From positions 124,001 through 188,000 of IMG/VR virus record IMGVR_UViG_3300043464_001630: a DNA stretch of 64,000 bases. One strand, given 5' to 3'. This document shows, piece by piece, positions 27,657-39,397 of the stretch. Made by a program: the position numbers and the translations under genes. The notes below the pieces were generated by a model, which saw nothing but the letters and a program-made list of their open reading frames with translations, did no database searches and was not told the DNA's origin. Numbering within the stretch: position 1 is the stretch's first letter; every line of letters starts with the position of its first letter.

Positions 27657-29471
27657 ATGAGTACTTCATCATTTACAGAATTTAATTTACCAAGAAATGC
27701 TTATACAGCATTTGATGCAGTTAGTTTAAAGCAATTAATAACAAACCGTATCAAAACTAGTGGTTTATTTCCTGATATAGACTACGAAGGTAGTAATGTT
27801 AATGGTTTAGTAGATGTAGTTGCTTATTCTTATCACGTTTTGTTGTTTTATCTCAACCAGACTGCATCTGATTCGATGTTTTCTCAGTCTGAATTGTTCG
27901 AAAACATGAACAAGATCGTATCTTTGATTGGTTACAAGCCAACAGGTAATTGCACAGCTAGTTTAAATGTTTCTGTGTCTGCTGAAGCAGCATTGCCATC
28001 TGGTTATTCTTATACAATACCAAGATTTTCTAATATCATGTTGGGAAATGTTCCGTATTCTATTAATACAGACATAAATTTCCAAAAAACCGTCGCAACA
28101 GAAGAAGCAATTGATTCAATTGGTTCTAATAACTTATTATATCAAGGAATCTTTAAAGAATATCCAATATATGTTGGTATAGGAGAGAATTTTGAACAAT
28201 TTACCGTCAACGTTGACTATTCTGGTGATGTATCATTTAAAATGATAGATCATAATAATATTTATGTTTTTGTAAAAGACATAAACACACAAATATGGAC
28301 AGAATGGACAGAAGTTAATAGTTTATATCTAGCAAATAGCATTTCTAAGGTATTCGAAAAGCGTTTAAACGAATATGGTCATTACGAAATCAAATTTGGT
28401 AATGATATCAACGGAAAGCGACTAAACACTGGAGATTATGTTTCTATATACTATTTAGAAAGTGATGGAAGGCGTGGAAACGTCGGAACTAAAGCTGCAA
28501 AATCTGGGAAAATGATATTATTCAATTCTAGTTTGTTTTCTGAGATATTCAATAATATAAAGAACGAAACTTCTAATTATATCACAGCAAGTGATATTTT
28601 AAAATTAAAATTTGATAATGAATATGCTTCGGTTCCTCCTACTTTCATAGAAAGTGTTGAGAATATTAGAAAAAATGCTCCATTAACATTTTCAGCACAA
28701 AATCGAGCAGTTACCACTAGTGATTATGAATCATTTGTTGATAAAAACTTCTCTAATATCATTCAAAGTGTAAAAGCAGTCTCTAACAAAGACTACACCT
28801 CACAATATCTATCGTATTTTTATGAATTAGGTCTAGAACGTCCTAATTTAGATGATAAGTTGCTATTTAATCAAGTATCATTCAATGATGCATGTGATTT
28901 CAACAATGTTTATTTATTTTGCGTACCTAGATTAGGAGCCATTGTTAATGAAACCACTCCAGTTGATTTATTTTTTGCACAGAAGCAATCTATTGTTAAC
29001 AAGTTGAACACAGTTAAGATGGTAAATCAAAACATTGTGGTTTCTGATCCAATTTACGTAGCATTTGACATTGGATTGCCTACATTGAGCGAAACTTCAA
29101 TAACTTCTGATATAAGAAACGAAACAAAAATAAGAATAACAAGAGATCCTAATCAAATTATTTCAAAAGAACAACTAAAAAGTTCAGTTGCTTCTTATAT
29201 AACTGAGTTTTTCTCGCAGAGCAATAATGAATTAGGAAAATTCATGGATTTGTCGCAATTGAGCTTTGATATTTTAAATGTAACTGGTGTGAAAAGTTTA
29301 GAAACTGTGAGAGGTGATTACAAAGTATCTAAATTAAATTTTATTTATTGGAATCCGTTATATACTAGTTCTTCGGTGACTTCATTAGGTCAAAACATAA
29401 CATTAAAGTTTTTCGAATTTCCTTTCTTCTACGAAATTTCAAATTTGATCAACAAAATAGAGGTAATCTAA
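27657..29471 (+). CDS. gp6: Baseplate wedge subunit
   Basis: DYEGSN, LIGYKP, IKFGNDING, ESVENIRKNAP, QNRAVTTSDY. Confidence 0.9.
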   Translation: MSTSSFTEFNLPRNAYTAFDAVSLKQLITNRIKTSGLFPDIDYEGSNVNGLVDVVAYSYHVLLFYLNQTASDSMFSQSELFENMNKIVSLIGYKPTGNCTASLNVSVSAEAALPSGYSYTIPRFSNIMLGNVPYSINTDINFQKTVATEEAIDSIGSNNLLYQGIFKEYPIYVGIGENFEQFTVNVDYSGDVSFKMIDHNNIYVFVKDINTQIWTEWTEVNSLYLANSISKVFEKRLNEYGHYEIKFGNDINGKRLNTGDYVSIYYLESDGRRGNVGTKAAKSGKMILFNSSLFSEIFNNIKNETSNYITASDILKLKFDNEYASVPPTFIESVENIRKNAPLTFSAQNRAVTTSDYESFVDKNFSNIIQSVKAVSNKDYTSQYLSYFYELGLERPNLDDKLLFNQVSFNDACDFNNVYLFCVPRLGAIVNETTPVDLFFAQKQSIVNKLNTVKMVNQNIVVSDPIYVAFDIGLPTLSETSITSDIRNETKIRITRDPNQIISKEQLKSSVASYITEFFSQSNNELGKFMDLSQLSFDILNVTGVKSLETVRGDYKVSKLNFIYWNPLYTSSSVTSLGQNITLKFFEFPFFYEISNLINKIEVI

Positions 29472-29472
29472 G

Positions 29473-32400
29473 ATGGAAGATTCTCGTTACATATATTTCT
29501 ATACATTAGATCACACAGGAACGCATACCACTAGCGGATATACGTTACCTATTACTCCTTTTACATTTATTCCAATTTTTGATGACGGAACTAGTGTAGA
29601 TTATTCTAATTATAGAATTTTATGGGATTTCGGTGATGGAACTACATCCGAATCCGTCACAGCAGTACATAACTTCAAATATCCAAGATGGTATAATGTT
29701 AAATGTTATGTATTGGGTAAAAATGGTAATGGGTACGAATCTTCTTTTTCGCAATCTATATTAGTAAAAGATTTTATTTCAGATACGTTGGTTTTATCAG
29801 GATATAACAACAAAACCGAAGCAGGAACATTACAAAATCCATTCACCGTGTTTCGTTTTAATAGCTGGCAGAGTTATCCAGTATTATCTAGTTATGGATA
29901 CACCATAAATCTGTATGTAAGCGGAAACAATGCACCACTTTTAGATAAAACCGAGTACGAAAAAGACAAATGGGGGCATTTGAAGCCATCTTCTAGGTTT
30001 GAAACAACAATTCTTAATACTATTACAGAAAAGTACGAAAGAACTCCTGTAAATTCTTTAGTAACAGACAATAACAACGAATTGTATGTAAAATTATTAA
30101 ACAATGAACTAGTATTTTGTAGTAAAAGCGACACAGGTTCATGTTTTGTTGGTACTTCCGGACAAAAGTTATTTTATTATATAGATGACATGCCTAGATT
30201 GGTTAACAATTTATACGAAAGTGTTGCTGCTACAATATATGCATCATTTGATACTTCTAAATTTAGAATAAGTGATGACTATAAAGAGTCATTGTATCCT
30301 ATTTTAAATAATGTATCAGATTCTAATTCATTTTCTGTATTAATTCAGCAATTAAATCCCAGTCATGTTACTATTACTTCAAACGGAATAGATGAAGATG
30401 GTAGTGGAAATATAATTGACACATTTAATATAAATTCACAGAAAAGTATCAACACAAAAATTCCATTTGTGGTGCGTGTTAAAGATGTAAACGAAGATAA
30501 TTTGGTAACAAATTCAAAATATGCGCCAAAATTTGAGCTAAGTCAAACCGAGAATATCACAGATGGTCAGATTTACTTGGAATTGAGAAATTCTGTAAAC
30601 CAAAAAATAGAAAACGTAGATTTTTATTCTAATTTTGGCATTCTATCATCAGAAACATTTGGTGGTTACTTCAAAGGATACATGATTTGTTCTGATCCGG
30701 TAGAAAATGTTCATATATACGGAAGAGTTTTATTCGTAAATGATGAATTGTATACGGTTAATACTTCTTATGCAATTTTAGGACATCCACAATTTGAAAA
30801 AATACACAATATAACAGTTCAAATAGATCCGTCTGATAAGACTAAGAAAACTTTAGTAGATAAAGTATACGACATGGTGGGTCTTTCTGGTATATATTCT
30901 TCTTGTATCACCACAAAGAGGCTCGCTGATGCTTCTGAGCAAGCATTTGGATGGGTAGTAGATGGAGATAGAGAAAAAGTAATCAAATTCGTACCAAATA
31001 CAATGAATGTGGTGTATGATAAATTTGATATACCAGAAAATTCGTCTCCTTCTGATATTTGTAGTGATAAATTTGGAAATGTTTGGGTCACATTGTATGA
31101 TTCTGTAAGTACTATAAGAATTAACAATATATCAAACTTAGTTGATAAAGTAATCACACCATCTTTGTCAAATAGAGTAGTAGATTATGAAAATACAATA
31201 ACTCCTGCTTCTGTAGATACTGATTTAGAAAACAACATATGGATTTCTTATTCAAATCAACTTTCTGCGTTTGTTGAAAAGTATAACACAGACGGAACTT
31301 TTCAATTTTGTAAGATATTTTCTCCTAATTACCAAAATACTCAAATAATAACTGATTTATCTGGTAATGCTTGGTGCATCATTAAAGATAATACAACAGA
31401 TGCTAAAGTTTTATCTGCAAAAAATGATCAAATCGTAAAAATTTCAAGTGACGGTTCTAGTGTTGAGTATTATCCAATAAGCGGAAGTTTATGGAATCTT
31501 ACATTAGATCCGATGGAAAACATTTGGGCTACCAGAAACAGAAATGAAGTAGTAAGAATTGATACACAAACTGATACTTTTCAGAATTTTTATCTACAAT
31601 CAAATTCTTCGGAATTATCTAGTAATTACATAAGTGATTTAGAAGGCATCGCCGCCACAACAGATAATACTATTCTAGTTATTGATAATGTTAATAGAAG
31701 ATTACATTATTTTAATGCAGATGTCGATACTTTTGGATTTGAGTCTAATTATTTAGACTTTGTAAATGTACCACAAAATGATCCAATGCGCATTCAAGAC
31801 AAAATCAACGGATATGGAGATTGGAATGGATTTAGGCACATAAACAAGTATTGTCATGTATTAGATCGAGGTATAATAGTAGACGGAGATAGTAATATTT
31901 TTTCAATTTATGATAAAGAGTCGGGAAAATATGACGTTCGTAAAGTAAACGAAAACTTCGATCCAAAACAACAATTAATTTCTTATCGTTTTCAGGATTA
32001 CTTATTAGAATCTGATAAAGTATTTGATTTTATAGGAGAATCGTTAGGTACTTTATCATCAGATCCTAGTGATTTAGGAAAAAGTGTATACGAAAAGATA
32101 TCAAACTTTGTAGGCAATACAAATGCTGTGGATTCTTGTAATGTAAAAATGTTAAAATCTATGTATGAGATGATGGGGGAAGATTTTCTATCATACGGAG
32201 GACAAGAATTCAGTTATCCTGCGAAAATTAATCGTTTGGTAGATTTATTTTCTATATCATTTACTAAATTAAAAGGAAGTCGTAATTACTTCACTCAAAA
32301 TTTCAATGATAGGGGCTATTACAACCAAGAAATCATAAAAAATGGTGGAGAAGTATTATACGGATTCAATAAAGGATTAGAATTAAGCTTTTTAACTACT

Positions 32401-32790
32401 ATTTTAACCGCTGGTAGTGCTGGTAGTGATATTGTGGCTTATGAAAAGTTTAGTCAAGAGTATACAATCATAAACACTAATATTTTAAGTAGCGAATATG
32501 TCAATTTCGTAGATCCAGTGGAAAAAACGTATCCATTAAGTTCTTATCATCCATACTGGGGATGGGGGTTGCAACTTCCAGATACATTTGAACCAGAAGA
32601 CATATCCAAGTACTATACTTTTTACGAATATATACCAAAATCTGATTTTATTCAAACTGAGGGTATAATAAACTGGTCAGACTCTAATACGACATTAAAT
32701 GAATACGTTTCTTCTTTGGAAGAATGGAATAAAATACGAGAAGATATGATTTCGTATGCTTTAGCAAAAGGCGTCGAAAACATTAAATAA
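29473..32790 (+). CDS. Large baseplate/virion protein with PKD domain and beta-propeller repeats
   Basis: WDFGDG PKD motif; repeated D-xx-(G/E/N)N(V/I)W; follows gp6 (gp7-like position). Confidence 0.65.
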   Translation: MEDSRYIYFYTLDHTGTHTTSGYTLPITPFTFIPIFDDGTSVDYSNYRILWDFGDGTTSESVTAVHNFKYPRWYNVKCYVLGKNGNGYESSFSQSILVKDFISDTLVLSGYNNKTEAGTLQNPFTVFRFNSWQSYPVLSSYGYTINLYVSGNNAPLLDKTEYEKDKWGHLKPSSRFETTILNTITEKYERTPVNSLVTDNNNELYVKLLNNELVFCSKSDTGSCFVGTSGQKLFYYIDDMPRLVNNLYESVAATIYASFDTSKFRISDDYKESLYPILNNVSDSNSFSVLIQQLNPSHVTITSNGIDEDGSGNIIDTFNINSQKSINTKIPFVVRVKDVNEDNLVTNSKYAPKFELSQTENITDGQIYLELRNSVNQKIENVDFYSNFGILSSETFGGYFKGYMICSDPVENVHIYGRVLFVNDELYTVNTSYAILGHPQFEKIHNITVQIDPSDKTKKTLVDKVYDMVGLSGIYSSCITTKRLADASEQAFGWVVDGDREKVIKFVPNTMNVVYDKFDIPENSSPSDICSDKFGNVWVTLYDSVSTIRINNISNLVDKVITPSLSNRVVDYENTITPASVDTDLENNIWISYSNQLSAFVEKYNTDGTFQFCKIFSPNYQNTQIITDLSGNAWCIIKDNTTDAKVLSAKNDQIVKISSDGSSVEYYPISGSLWNLTLDPMENIWATRNRNEVVRIDTQTDTFQNFYLQSNSSELSSNYISDLEGIAATTDNTILVIDNVNRRLHYFNADVDTFGFESNYLDFVNVPQNDPMRIQDKINGYGDWNGFRHINKYCHVLDRGIIVDGDSNIFSIYDKESGKYDVRKVNENFDPKQQLISYRFQDYLLESDKVFDFIGESLGTLSSDPSDLGKSVYEKISNFVGNTNAVDSCNVKMLKSMYEMMGEDFLSYGGQEFSYPAKINRLVDLFSISFTKLKGSRNYFTQNFNDRGYYNQEIIKNGGEVLYGFNKGLELSFLTTILTAGSAGSDIVAYEKFSQEYTIINTNILSSEYVNFVDPVEKTYPLSSYHPYWGWGLQLPDTFEPEDISKYYTFYEYIPKSDFIQTEGIINWSDSNTTLNEYVSSLEEWNKIREDMISYALAKGVENIK

Positions 32791-32794
32791 TGTT

Positions 32795-35524
32795 GTGTCG
32801 GAATCATTCGTATTTTCGAAAATAACTCCAATAAATTCCATAATAAATCCAGATACTCAAGAAAAAGATTATCTGGACAAAATGGCTCCGTTTTCGTTTT
32901 TTGATTTCTTAAAATACATAAATTCTAATTTAACTCCATTACAATTAAACGATTTGTATGTGGATTATGTTAAACAGTGGAACATAAAGAAAAACAATAC
33001 AAAAGAAGTATCAGATAATGTAATACAAGAAAGATATTTGAGTTTACTTAAAGATATAACTCTGAAGTATTCCACACTTGATGAAAAGCGATTTCTTTCT
33101 AATATAGATTTCAATGATCCGTGTGACTTGGATATTGTAATTCCATTTTATTCTAAAAAAATAAGAGAAGTATGTGATTTCTATTCACAAAAAAGAGAAC
33201 AACTAAAGTTTAAAGTAGAAAAAAACAAAATCAAAGGAATTCCGTTGAGTTTGGAAAAGGCAGTTTACGAAACAGTAACCGATGTGGTGTTTTCTGATAC
33301 ACTCGAAGTAGGATCTTATCAAAAATTAGTAAACGAAAATGAGTTATTAAAAGATCTAAACATAGAAGTAGAAGAATTGTATGATTTATATAGTAATTAT
33401 TTAAATAATGATCCAAATGAATCATACGAAACATATGATGTAAAAACTGAACTAAGAAAAAAGTTTTTTACATCAAACTTAAATGCGATAGATGCGAATA
33501 TATTCATTAATTTTGATAAAGCCATAACTAATCAGTTATTTGAAAATGTAAGAGTATTCTTATCTGAACTAGGACGTATATTTACTGTAAATTATGATTT
33601 AAATTCAGTAAACCTTAATTGTAAACCAGATGAAAAACTGTATGATTTGGTTAATAATAACAAACCAAAAGCAGAACGATTAGTTACGTTAAGAAGAGAC
33701 TTAATCAAGAAATATATTGGTTGTGATTTTTATTATATTACAACCGGGGACACACTAACCGACGTAACTTCTGCTGTTTTATTCAAAGCTGAAAATCCTT
33801 CGGGAAATTTATTAAATAGGAATTTTCCAACTACTGCAACAATAGAAGAAGAATCTGATCTTCAATCTTGCAGAAGAATTGGACTGTTTTTTACGCCAGA
33901 AAAGAACAGCATTCTTTATTATTCTGTTCCTGATAAAAAATACAAAATAGATGAAAGTAAATTAGAAGCAAACAAGCTTTATATCTTTCCAGATCCAAAT
34001 AGGTATGGAAACACTTCGGGATTGAGCAGAGTTTATGATTCTGGATATCCATTAATTCATATTGCTGACTATTCTCGTTCTATTAAAAACGAAAGTTGTT
34101 TTTCGGTTGAAGGTGATATAAATTCAAATCCATTTTCTCAAGATTTTTATAGTTATTTTTCTAAAAATCAATTACATAGTAATTTAACAACAAACGAAGA
34201 AGGATTAAAAACTAATTTCTCTTCTTTATACGATCAAGGTTTGTTAGTTAAATGGGCGACCGATATCTACGGAAATCAATACGGTCTTTTTAAGAACAAA
34301 TCCAAACAAAATCTAGCAGATAGAACTACTAGTATTTCATTGAGCGTTGATGAGTGTGAATATTACGATGGTGGGCCTATTAGATTTTTTCAAAACGGTA
34401 AATTGCCCGAGAATGTCATGATGGGTAACGAAACATGGGTAGCTCCTAATGTATACAGTTCTGATTATTACTACAACATTGGAATAGATTCCAGCGTTGG
34501 TGGATATAGCAACGGAATTATGCAGCGTGGTTTGAGCGGAGCGAATTCTAGTTTCAAACCAGATTTTAACAACAGTTATGTATTGTCTTCTTTGAAATAT
34601 AAAGATTTCGATGCGGGATTGATTACGGATGTTTGTGATGAAACATTTGATTTCGAAACACAAACTAATTTTGTAATCAAAGAATTATTAACTACTAGTT
34701 TCACAGTAACATCACAAAACGTAGTGGACGATCAGCAGAATTTCTTTGATATTAATAAATCTTATGGAACTATCTATGTAAAAGATGTGGTATCTGGAGA
34801 AGTTACTACATTATTAAATGCATTATCAGTACAATTTCAAAATAAGTACGATGATGATTTTAGTGAAATTCTAGATTTTAATATTTTCAATGATTTTATT
34901 TGGATAAGAACAAAGAACAATGTAATTTTCGAAAAAATTCAGTACGAAGAAAATAAGTTTGTTTATTCGGGAACTTCTAATACATCATTTAGTTCGGGAT
35001 ATACCGAAGGTTTCATTTATAATGTGTCTAATCCTTTTATTTTTGAAAATAGAGATTATTCAATGGTAGCCACATTGAGTGTTTCTGGAGCCGAATCTAA
35101 TGATTTTAGTATAATACCAAAAATTTACAGAATTGATTATAATACATGTAATAAAACTGAAATTACTTCAGTATTACCTTTGAGTTCTGATTATTATAAG
35201 AATAATTCAATTTTAAACGATATAAAGATATTTAAAATAAATCAACCAGTTTTAACTTATAATTCTAGGAACAACATGTATTGTGTGATAACCACAATAG
35301 AAGACGAGAATGAGTTCGGTTATATCTATCAAATGAAGTTTACATATAATGGTTCTGAAATACTAGACCATGAAATAAAATTATTCAATTTTTCTGGAAC
35401 CGAAGTATTCAAAACCATAAATTTTTACGACAAACCCAGTTTTATTAATAATGGAATAACTCTTAATGATATAAATTTGAATGCATCTATAAATTTCAAC
35501 GACGGAGTTTTAAAATTTAGCTAA
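32795..35524 (+). CDS. Large hypothetical virion (baseplate) protein
   Basis: 909 aa; GTG start supported by TAAATA-N5. Confidence 0.55.
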   Translation: MSESFVFSKITPINSIINPDTQEKDYLDKMAPFSFFDFLKYINSNLTPLQLNDLYVDYVKQWNIKKNNTKEVSDNVIQERYLSLLKDITLKYSTLDEKRFLSNIDFNDPCDLDIVIPFYSKKIREVCDFYSQKREQLKFKVEKNKIKGIPLSLEKAVYETVTDVVFSDTLEVGSYQKLVNENELLKDLNIEVEELYDLYSNYLNNDPNESYETYDVKTELRKKFFTSNLNAIDANIFINFDKAITNQLFENVRVFLSELGRIFTVNYDLNSVNLNCKPDEKLYDLVNNNKPKAERLVTLRRDLIKKYIGCDFYYITTGDTLTDVTSAVLFKAENPSGNLLNRNFPTTATIEEESDLQSCRRIGLFFTPEKNSILYYSVPDKKYKIDESKLEANKLYIFPDPNRYGNTSGLSRVYDSGYPLIHIADYSRSIKNESCFSVEGDINSNPFSQDFYSYFSKNQLHSNLTTNEEGLKTNFSSLYDQGLLVKWATDIYGNQYGLFKNKSKQNLADRTTSISLSVDECEYYDGGPIRFFQNGKLPENVMMGNETWVAPNVYSSDYYYNIGIDSSVGGYSNGIMQRGLSGANSSFKPDFNNSYVLSSLKYKDFDAGLITDVCDETFDFETQTNFVIKELLTTSFTVTSQNVVDDQQNFFDINKSYGTIYVKDVVSGEVTTLLNALSVQFQNKYDDDFSEILDFNIFNDFIWIRTKNNVIFEKIQYEENKFVYSGTSNTSFSSGYTEGFIYNVSNPFIFENRDYSMVATLSVSGAESNDFSIIPKIYRIDYNTCNKTEITSVLPLSSDYYKNNSILNDIKIFKINQPVLTYNSRNNMYCVITTIEDENEFGYIYQMKFTYNGSEILDHEIKLFNFSGTEVFKTINFYDKPSFINNGITLNDINLNASINFNDGVLKFS

Positions 35525-35525
35525 A

Positions 35526-35999
35526 ATGAACACAATTTATACATTAGGATCTCAATACAACGGAACCGAAGGAGGAAAAGCAGAACCCGTGCGTGTTTTT
35601 AAAGGAGAAACCGAAATTACGTTCGATTTAACTGATCTAGCCGAAGGTGAATATTCAATTGCCAAGATAATAATTGATTTCAACGACGACACTCCACTTT
35701 TTATAAAAGAATATACATTTGCAGATGGACAAGAAATAGTGTCTGAATTATTCAAACGAAAATACTACCCAAATACAGATAATTACTATATTGTGTATTA
35801 TCCAACTGTATACATAACTTATTCTAATTTTAATCAGTTTAAATATCAAGCTGTTGTTAAGATTGCAAAAGAATCTTTTTACTCTGAATACGAAAATTTA
35901 GAAGTGGGAGCAGCACAATTTGTTGATAATCAACAAAATTCTGTATTTGCTGTATTAGACAGTGCGAAAGGTGATAATTTCAATCTAATTATTAAATAA
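35526..35999 (+). CDS. Hypothetical structural protein
   Basis: 157-aa ORF tightly coupled in the operon. Confidence 0.55.
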   Translation: MNTIYTLGSQYNGTEGGKAEPVRVFKGETEITFDLTDLAEGEYSIAKIIIDFNDDTPLFIKEYTFADGQEIVSELFKRKYYPNTDNYYIVYYPTVYITYSNFNQFKYQAVVKIAKESFYSEYENLEVGAAQFVDNQQNSVFAVLDSAKGDNFNLIIK

Positions 36000-36003
36000 T
36001 TGA

Positions 36004-37974
36004 GTGGAGATTATAGATTTAACGTCAAATTCAACTGCATTATCGACATCTTATGTGGCAGATGTAGATGTTAAATTTTTTGGTGTTAAAGATAAAACCG
36101 AAGAAGGGTATGTATTCTTCAAAGAGGATTATCTAAAAGATATTTCAGACAGAAAAATTAACAATTATTCTGCATTATATCTAACAAACAAACAAAAAGC
36201 CACGAACATATTAAATGTGGACGAATTATTAGAAATCAGCGGTGATCTATCATTTAATACTTCGATTTCAGACACGAATAATTTATATTTGACGTTTTCG
36301 GTTAATAGTGTAGGACAAACTTCGTATTTCTTTACCGAAGAGAATCAAAGATTCATAGATCCAATAGACAGAATCTTTGAAATTACTTTATTATCTGATG
36401 GATTAAGCGCAACAGTATCACATCGTTCAAAAGAACGTATAAAGTACTATTTAAATTTAGATAATAACCAATTTAAATTCTCTGTTTTATCTGCCGCAGA
36501 AGATTATCTTTTTAATTATATTTTAGACAAAGAAAACGGAAAATTAGCACTATTTAAAGATTCTAAATTAGTAATCGCTTCTTCCAATTTATTGATATTT
36601 GATTCTGTAATAGAAAATTTCAAAACAAAACATTTCAATGTAAATTATTACATACAGAAGATTTCACCTAAATTAAATACGTCTTGGGTATCTTATGATC
36701 CAACACATAAAAATGCATATGATGTATTACAAAATAAAAGTGCTAATAATTTAGAAAACAACTTTTTAATTTCTACACAATACAGTTATGTAACAGGCGA
36801 CACATTAGTAGCTAATATTTTAAATTTAAAGAATCAAAAAACCCATAAAGATTACAGCTACAGATCGAATTTTTTAGAAAAAACAAATGACGGAGTTCCT
36901 AATGTAGACAATAGAAAGTATGCAAGATTATTTACAGGAAATGATCAAGAAACTGGAGATTACGGAATAACCATTAGTTACGAGTTTTATAATGCAGATT
37001 ATAAATTTGAAGCAGACAAATACACTATATTTGTTACTCCAGAAAGTTTATATCCATACGAAAAAATCAACATAAATGATTTGAAGTGGAATAAGAGCGG
37101 TGCTATTGCAGGAGAGACTCCATACATGTCAGATAAAATCTTTCAAAAGAAAGAAAACATGGGTGGGTTAGAAGGACATTATTTGTGTTCTTGGTTACAC
37201 AAAGACAAAAATGGAGAATCTACTTGGTTGGATAGATATTATTATCCGGAAAAAACTTCATATGCTGCTGCATTGTCTACTTCTTTTAATTTTAATTACG
37301 TAGATCCGATATATTCATTATTGCAGAAGAAATTATCGGCTTCTGAGTATTATGACGTTCCTTTTGTCTATAATACATTACAAGAAGAGTTTAACAATAC
37401 ACCACAAACTGGTCATACTGCATTATATGGTACAGCTTTCTTTGACAAGCGAAGCGATCTGACTATTTTGCCAAACACCGAATACATATATCACAGAATT
37501 GGTAATAATTACGTTGATTCTATTGTTTCTAGTATTGAAACTTCGTTGATAAGAAACGGTTTAATTTTAAAAAATCATAATAATGCAGAAATAGCAACTA
37601 CTACCGATGATTTAAAACAAATAGAATACGTATTGAACAATGATTCGTATGATATCATTTTAGATTACGAAGGAATTAATAATTCACACGAATTCACCAT
37701 TTCTTTTGACATGAAATCAGATGATTGGTCTGAAGGATTCGGTCATCAGATTTTCGGAAACTTGAACGAAAAAGGATTAGCACTTTTTGATGATGAAAAA
37801 GTTACTCCTTTGATAATGATACAAAATAATAAAACTGTAACTGTATATAACACTAATTTTGAGATGCTAGATTATGCTTCTTTGGTTAATGAAGAAAATT
37901 TAGGTAATTCTATAATAAAAGATTTATATAGAACTGATCATTTAGATGCGTACTACACTACTAACATAGAATAA
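36004..37974 (+). CDS. Hypothetical virion protein
   Basis: 656 aa; GTG start supported by TAAATA-N5. Confidence 0.55.
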   Translation: MEIIDLTSNSTALSTSYVADVDVKFFGVKDKTEEGYVFFKEDYLKDISDRKINNYSALYLTNKQKATNILNVDELLEISGDLSFNTSISDTNNLYLTFSVNSVGQTSYFFTEENQRFIDPIDRIFEITLLSDGLSATVSHRSKERIKYYLNLDNNQFKFSVLSAAEDYLFNYILDKENGKLALFKDSKLVIASSNLLIFDSVIENFKTKHFNVNYYIQKISPKLNTSWVSYDPTHKNAYDVLQNKSANNLENNFLISTQYSYVTGDTLVANILNLKNQKTHKDYSYRSNFLEKTNDGVPNVDNRKYARLFTGNDQETGDYGITISYEFYNADYKFEADKYTIFVTPESLYPYEKININDLKWNKSGAIAGETPYMSDKIFQKKENMGGLEGHYLCSWLHKDKNGESTWLDRYYYPEKTSYAAALSTSFNFNYVDPIYSLLQKKLSASEYYDVPFVYNTLQEEFNNTPQTGHTALYGTAFFDKRSDLTILPNTEYIYHRIGNNYVDSIVSSIETSLIRNGLILKNHNNAEIATTTDDLKQIEYVLNNDSYDIILDYEGINNSHEFTISFDMKSDDWSEGFGHQIFGNLNEKGLALFDDEKVTPLIMIQNNKTVTVYNTNFEMLDYASLVNEENLGNSIIKDLYRTDHLDAYYTTNIE

Positions 37975-37975
37975 T

Positions 37976-39397
37976 ATGATTCCATTAATTACTAAATTTA
38001 AATCTAGTTCGGTTCTTTATGATTCTTTGGGAGATATTGATAATACTTACGTATCTTTATCATATGACAAAGATTACATTTATTTTCTAAAAGATGTTAG
38101 TGGTAATGTTGTGGTTTATAACACCATTACTGAAGAAATGTCTTCTACAAAAATAGATTCTACAACTAATTTATACTCAGTATTAAAGTATCGTGATGTT
38201 TTGTACGGATTTAATGGTTATGACGCTAAACCATTCGTTGGTGATACGGTTCTTTATGTAAAAGACGCAAACAAATTAGTTCAAGAATCATATAACAAAG
38301 TATTAAATGTTGTTCATCTGTCTTCATCATCTGAAATACACGATTTCATGATAGATGATGAATATAATTATTATGTAATTCATAATAAAAATAAAATTTC
38401 CAAATTTTCAAAGGATCGTATTAGAAGTTATTCATTTTCGGTAACTCCAGTAGTTAGTAGTATATTTAATTCTTTATCTGTAATGCCAAATGACGAAATT
38501 GAGTTACTGAAACTTGATTATGTAAGAGAGTACACATCTAACGGACTTTCTAGTTATCCTATTGTGCTAGGTAAGATTAAAAATGGTACAGGAGATTCTA
38601 TATTAGCCCCTGCTCAGTTGTTTTTGGGTAAAATTGACGAAACAACCCAAAGTATCTACGAGGCAGTGTTCATTCCATTAACTGCTGAATACTATTCATA
38701 TGGAGATTCTAAAAGAATTAATTATAATTTAACAAATTATGAGTATTTGAAAAATACGTATAATAAAAAAGACGAATTAACATTCAAAGTTGTTTTACAA
38801 AATGTATACAACAATAAAGATTTAATAAGATTAGAAATACCTATTAGTACATATCTTTTCAAATCTGAAAAGCATCACTTTGCATTTAGAATGGACGGAA
38901 TAAATGGAACAGTATCTGTTTTTGTGGATGGTAAAGAAATTAAAACAGTTTACATCCAAAAAGGACGCTATATTTTCCAAGACATATTTACTGATAGTTT
39001 AAATGTAGGAAGAACATACTTTAATAACAATATATCATTAACTGATTATCTAAATCAGCCTAATTATTACTACGTAAATAATGCTACATTAAAGAGATTT
39101 AAAATTTACAATAAAGCATTAACTAATAATGAAATTGAATTTGAAATGTTGAACGGAATTGACATTCAAGATTTAGTGGTTTCTCTTCCTTGTGATCAAA
39201 GAAACGAACTAGATGGAATAGAACGACAATTCAAGTTAGATACGACTGGTAATAAGAGCAATAAAATTAATTTAATTGTTAAAAATTCTCAAATAACTAA
39301 TACTATTCTACAAAACAGACTGAAAGATATTATATCTGAAAGATTAAAAAAAGTATTACCAATCACCACAACAATCAACACCATAGAGTTTAGATAA
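37976..39397 (+). CDS. Virion protein with LamG/concanavalin-like C-terminal region
   Basis: HHFAFRMD...VSVFVDG...FKIYNKALTNNEI. Confidence 0.6.
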   Translation: MIPLITKFKSSSVLYDSLGDIDNTYVSLSYDKDYIYFLKDVSGNVVVYNTITEEMSSTKIDSTTNLYSVLKYRDVLYGFNGYDAKPFVGDTVLYVKDANKLVQESYNKVLNVVHLSSSSEIHDFMIDDEYNYYVIHNKNKISKFSKDRIRSYSFSVTPVVSSIFNSLSVMPNDEIELLKLDYVREYTSNGLSSYPIVLGKIKNGTGDSILAPAQLFLGKIDETTQSIYEAVFIPLTAEYYSYGDSKRINYNLTNYEYLKNTYNKKDELTFKVVLQNVYNNKDLIRLEIPISTYLFKSEKHHFAFRMDGINGTVSVFVDGKEIKTVYIQKGRYIFQDIFTDSLNVGRTYFNNNISLTDYLNQPNYYYVNNATLKRFKIYNKALTNNEIEFEMLNGIDIQDLVVSLPCDQRNELDGIERQFKLDTTGNKSNKINLIVKNSQITNTILQNRLKDIISERLKKVLPITTTINTIEFR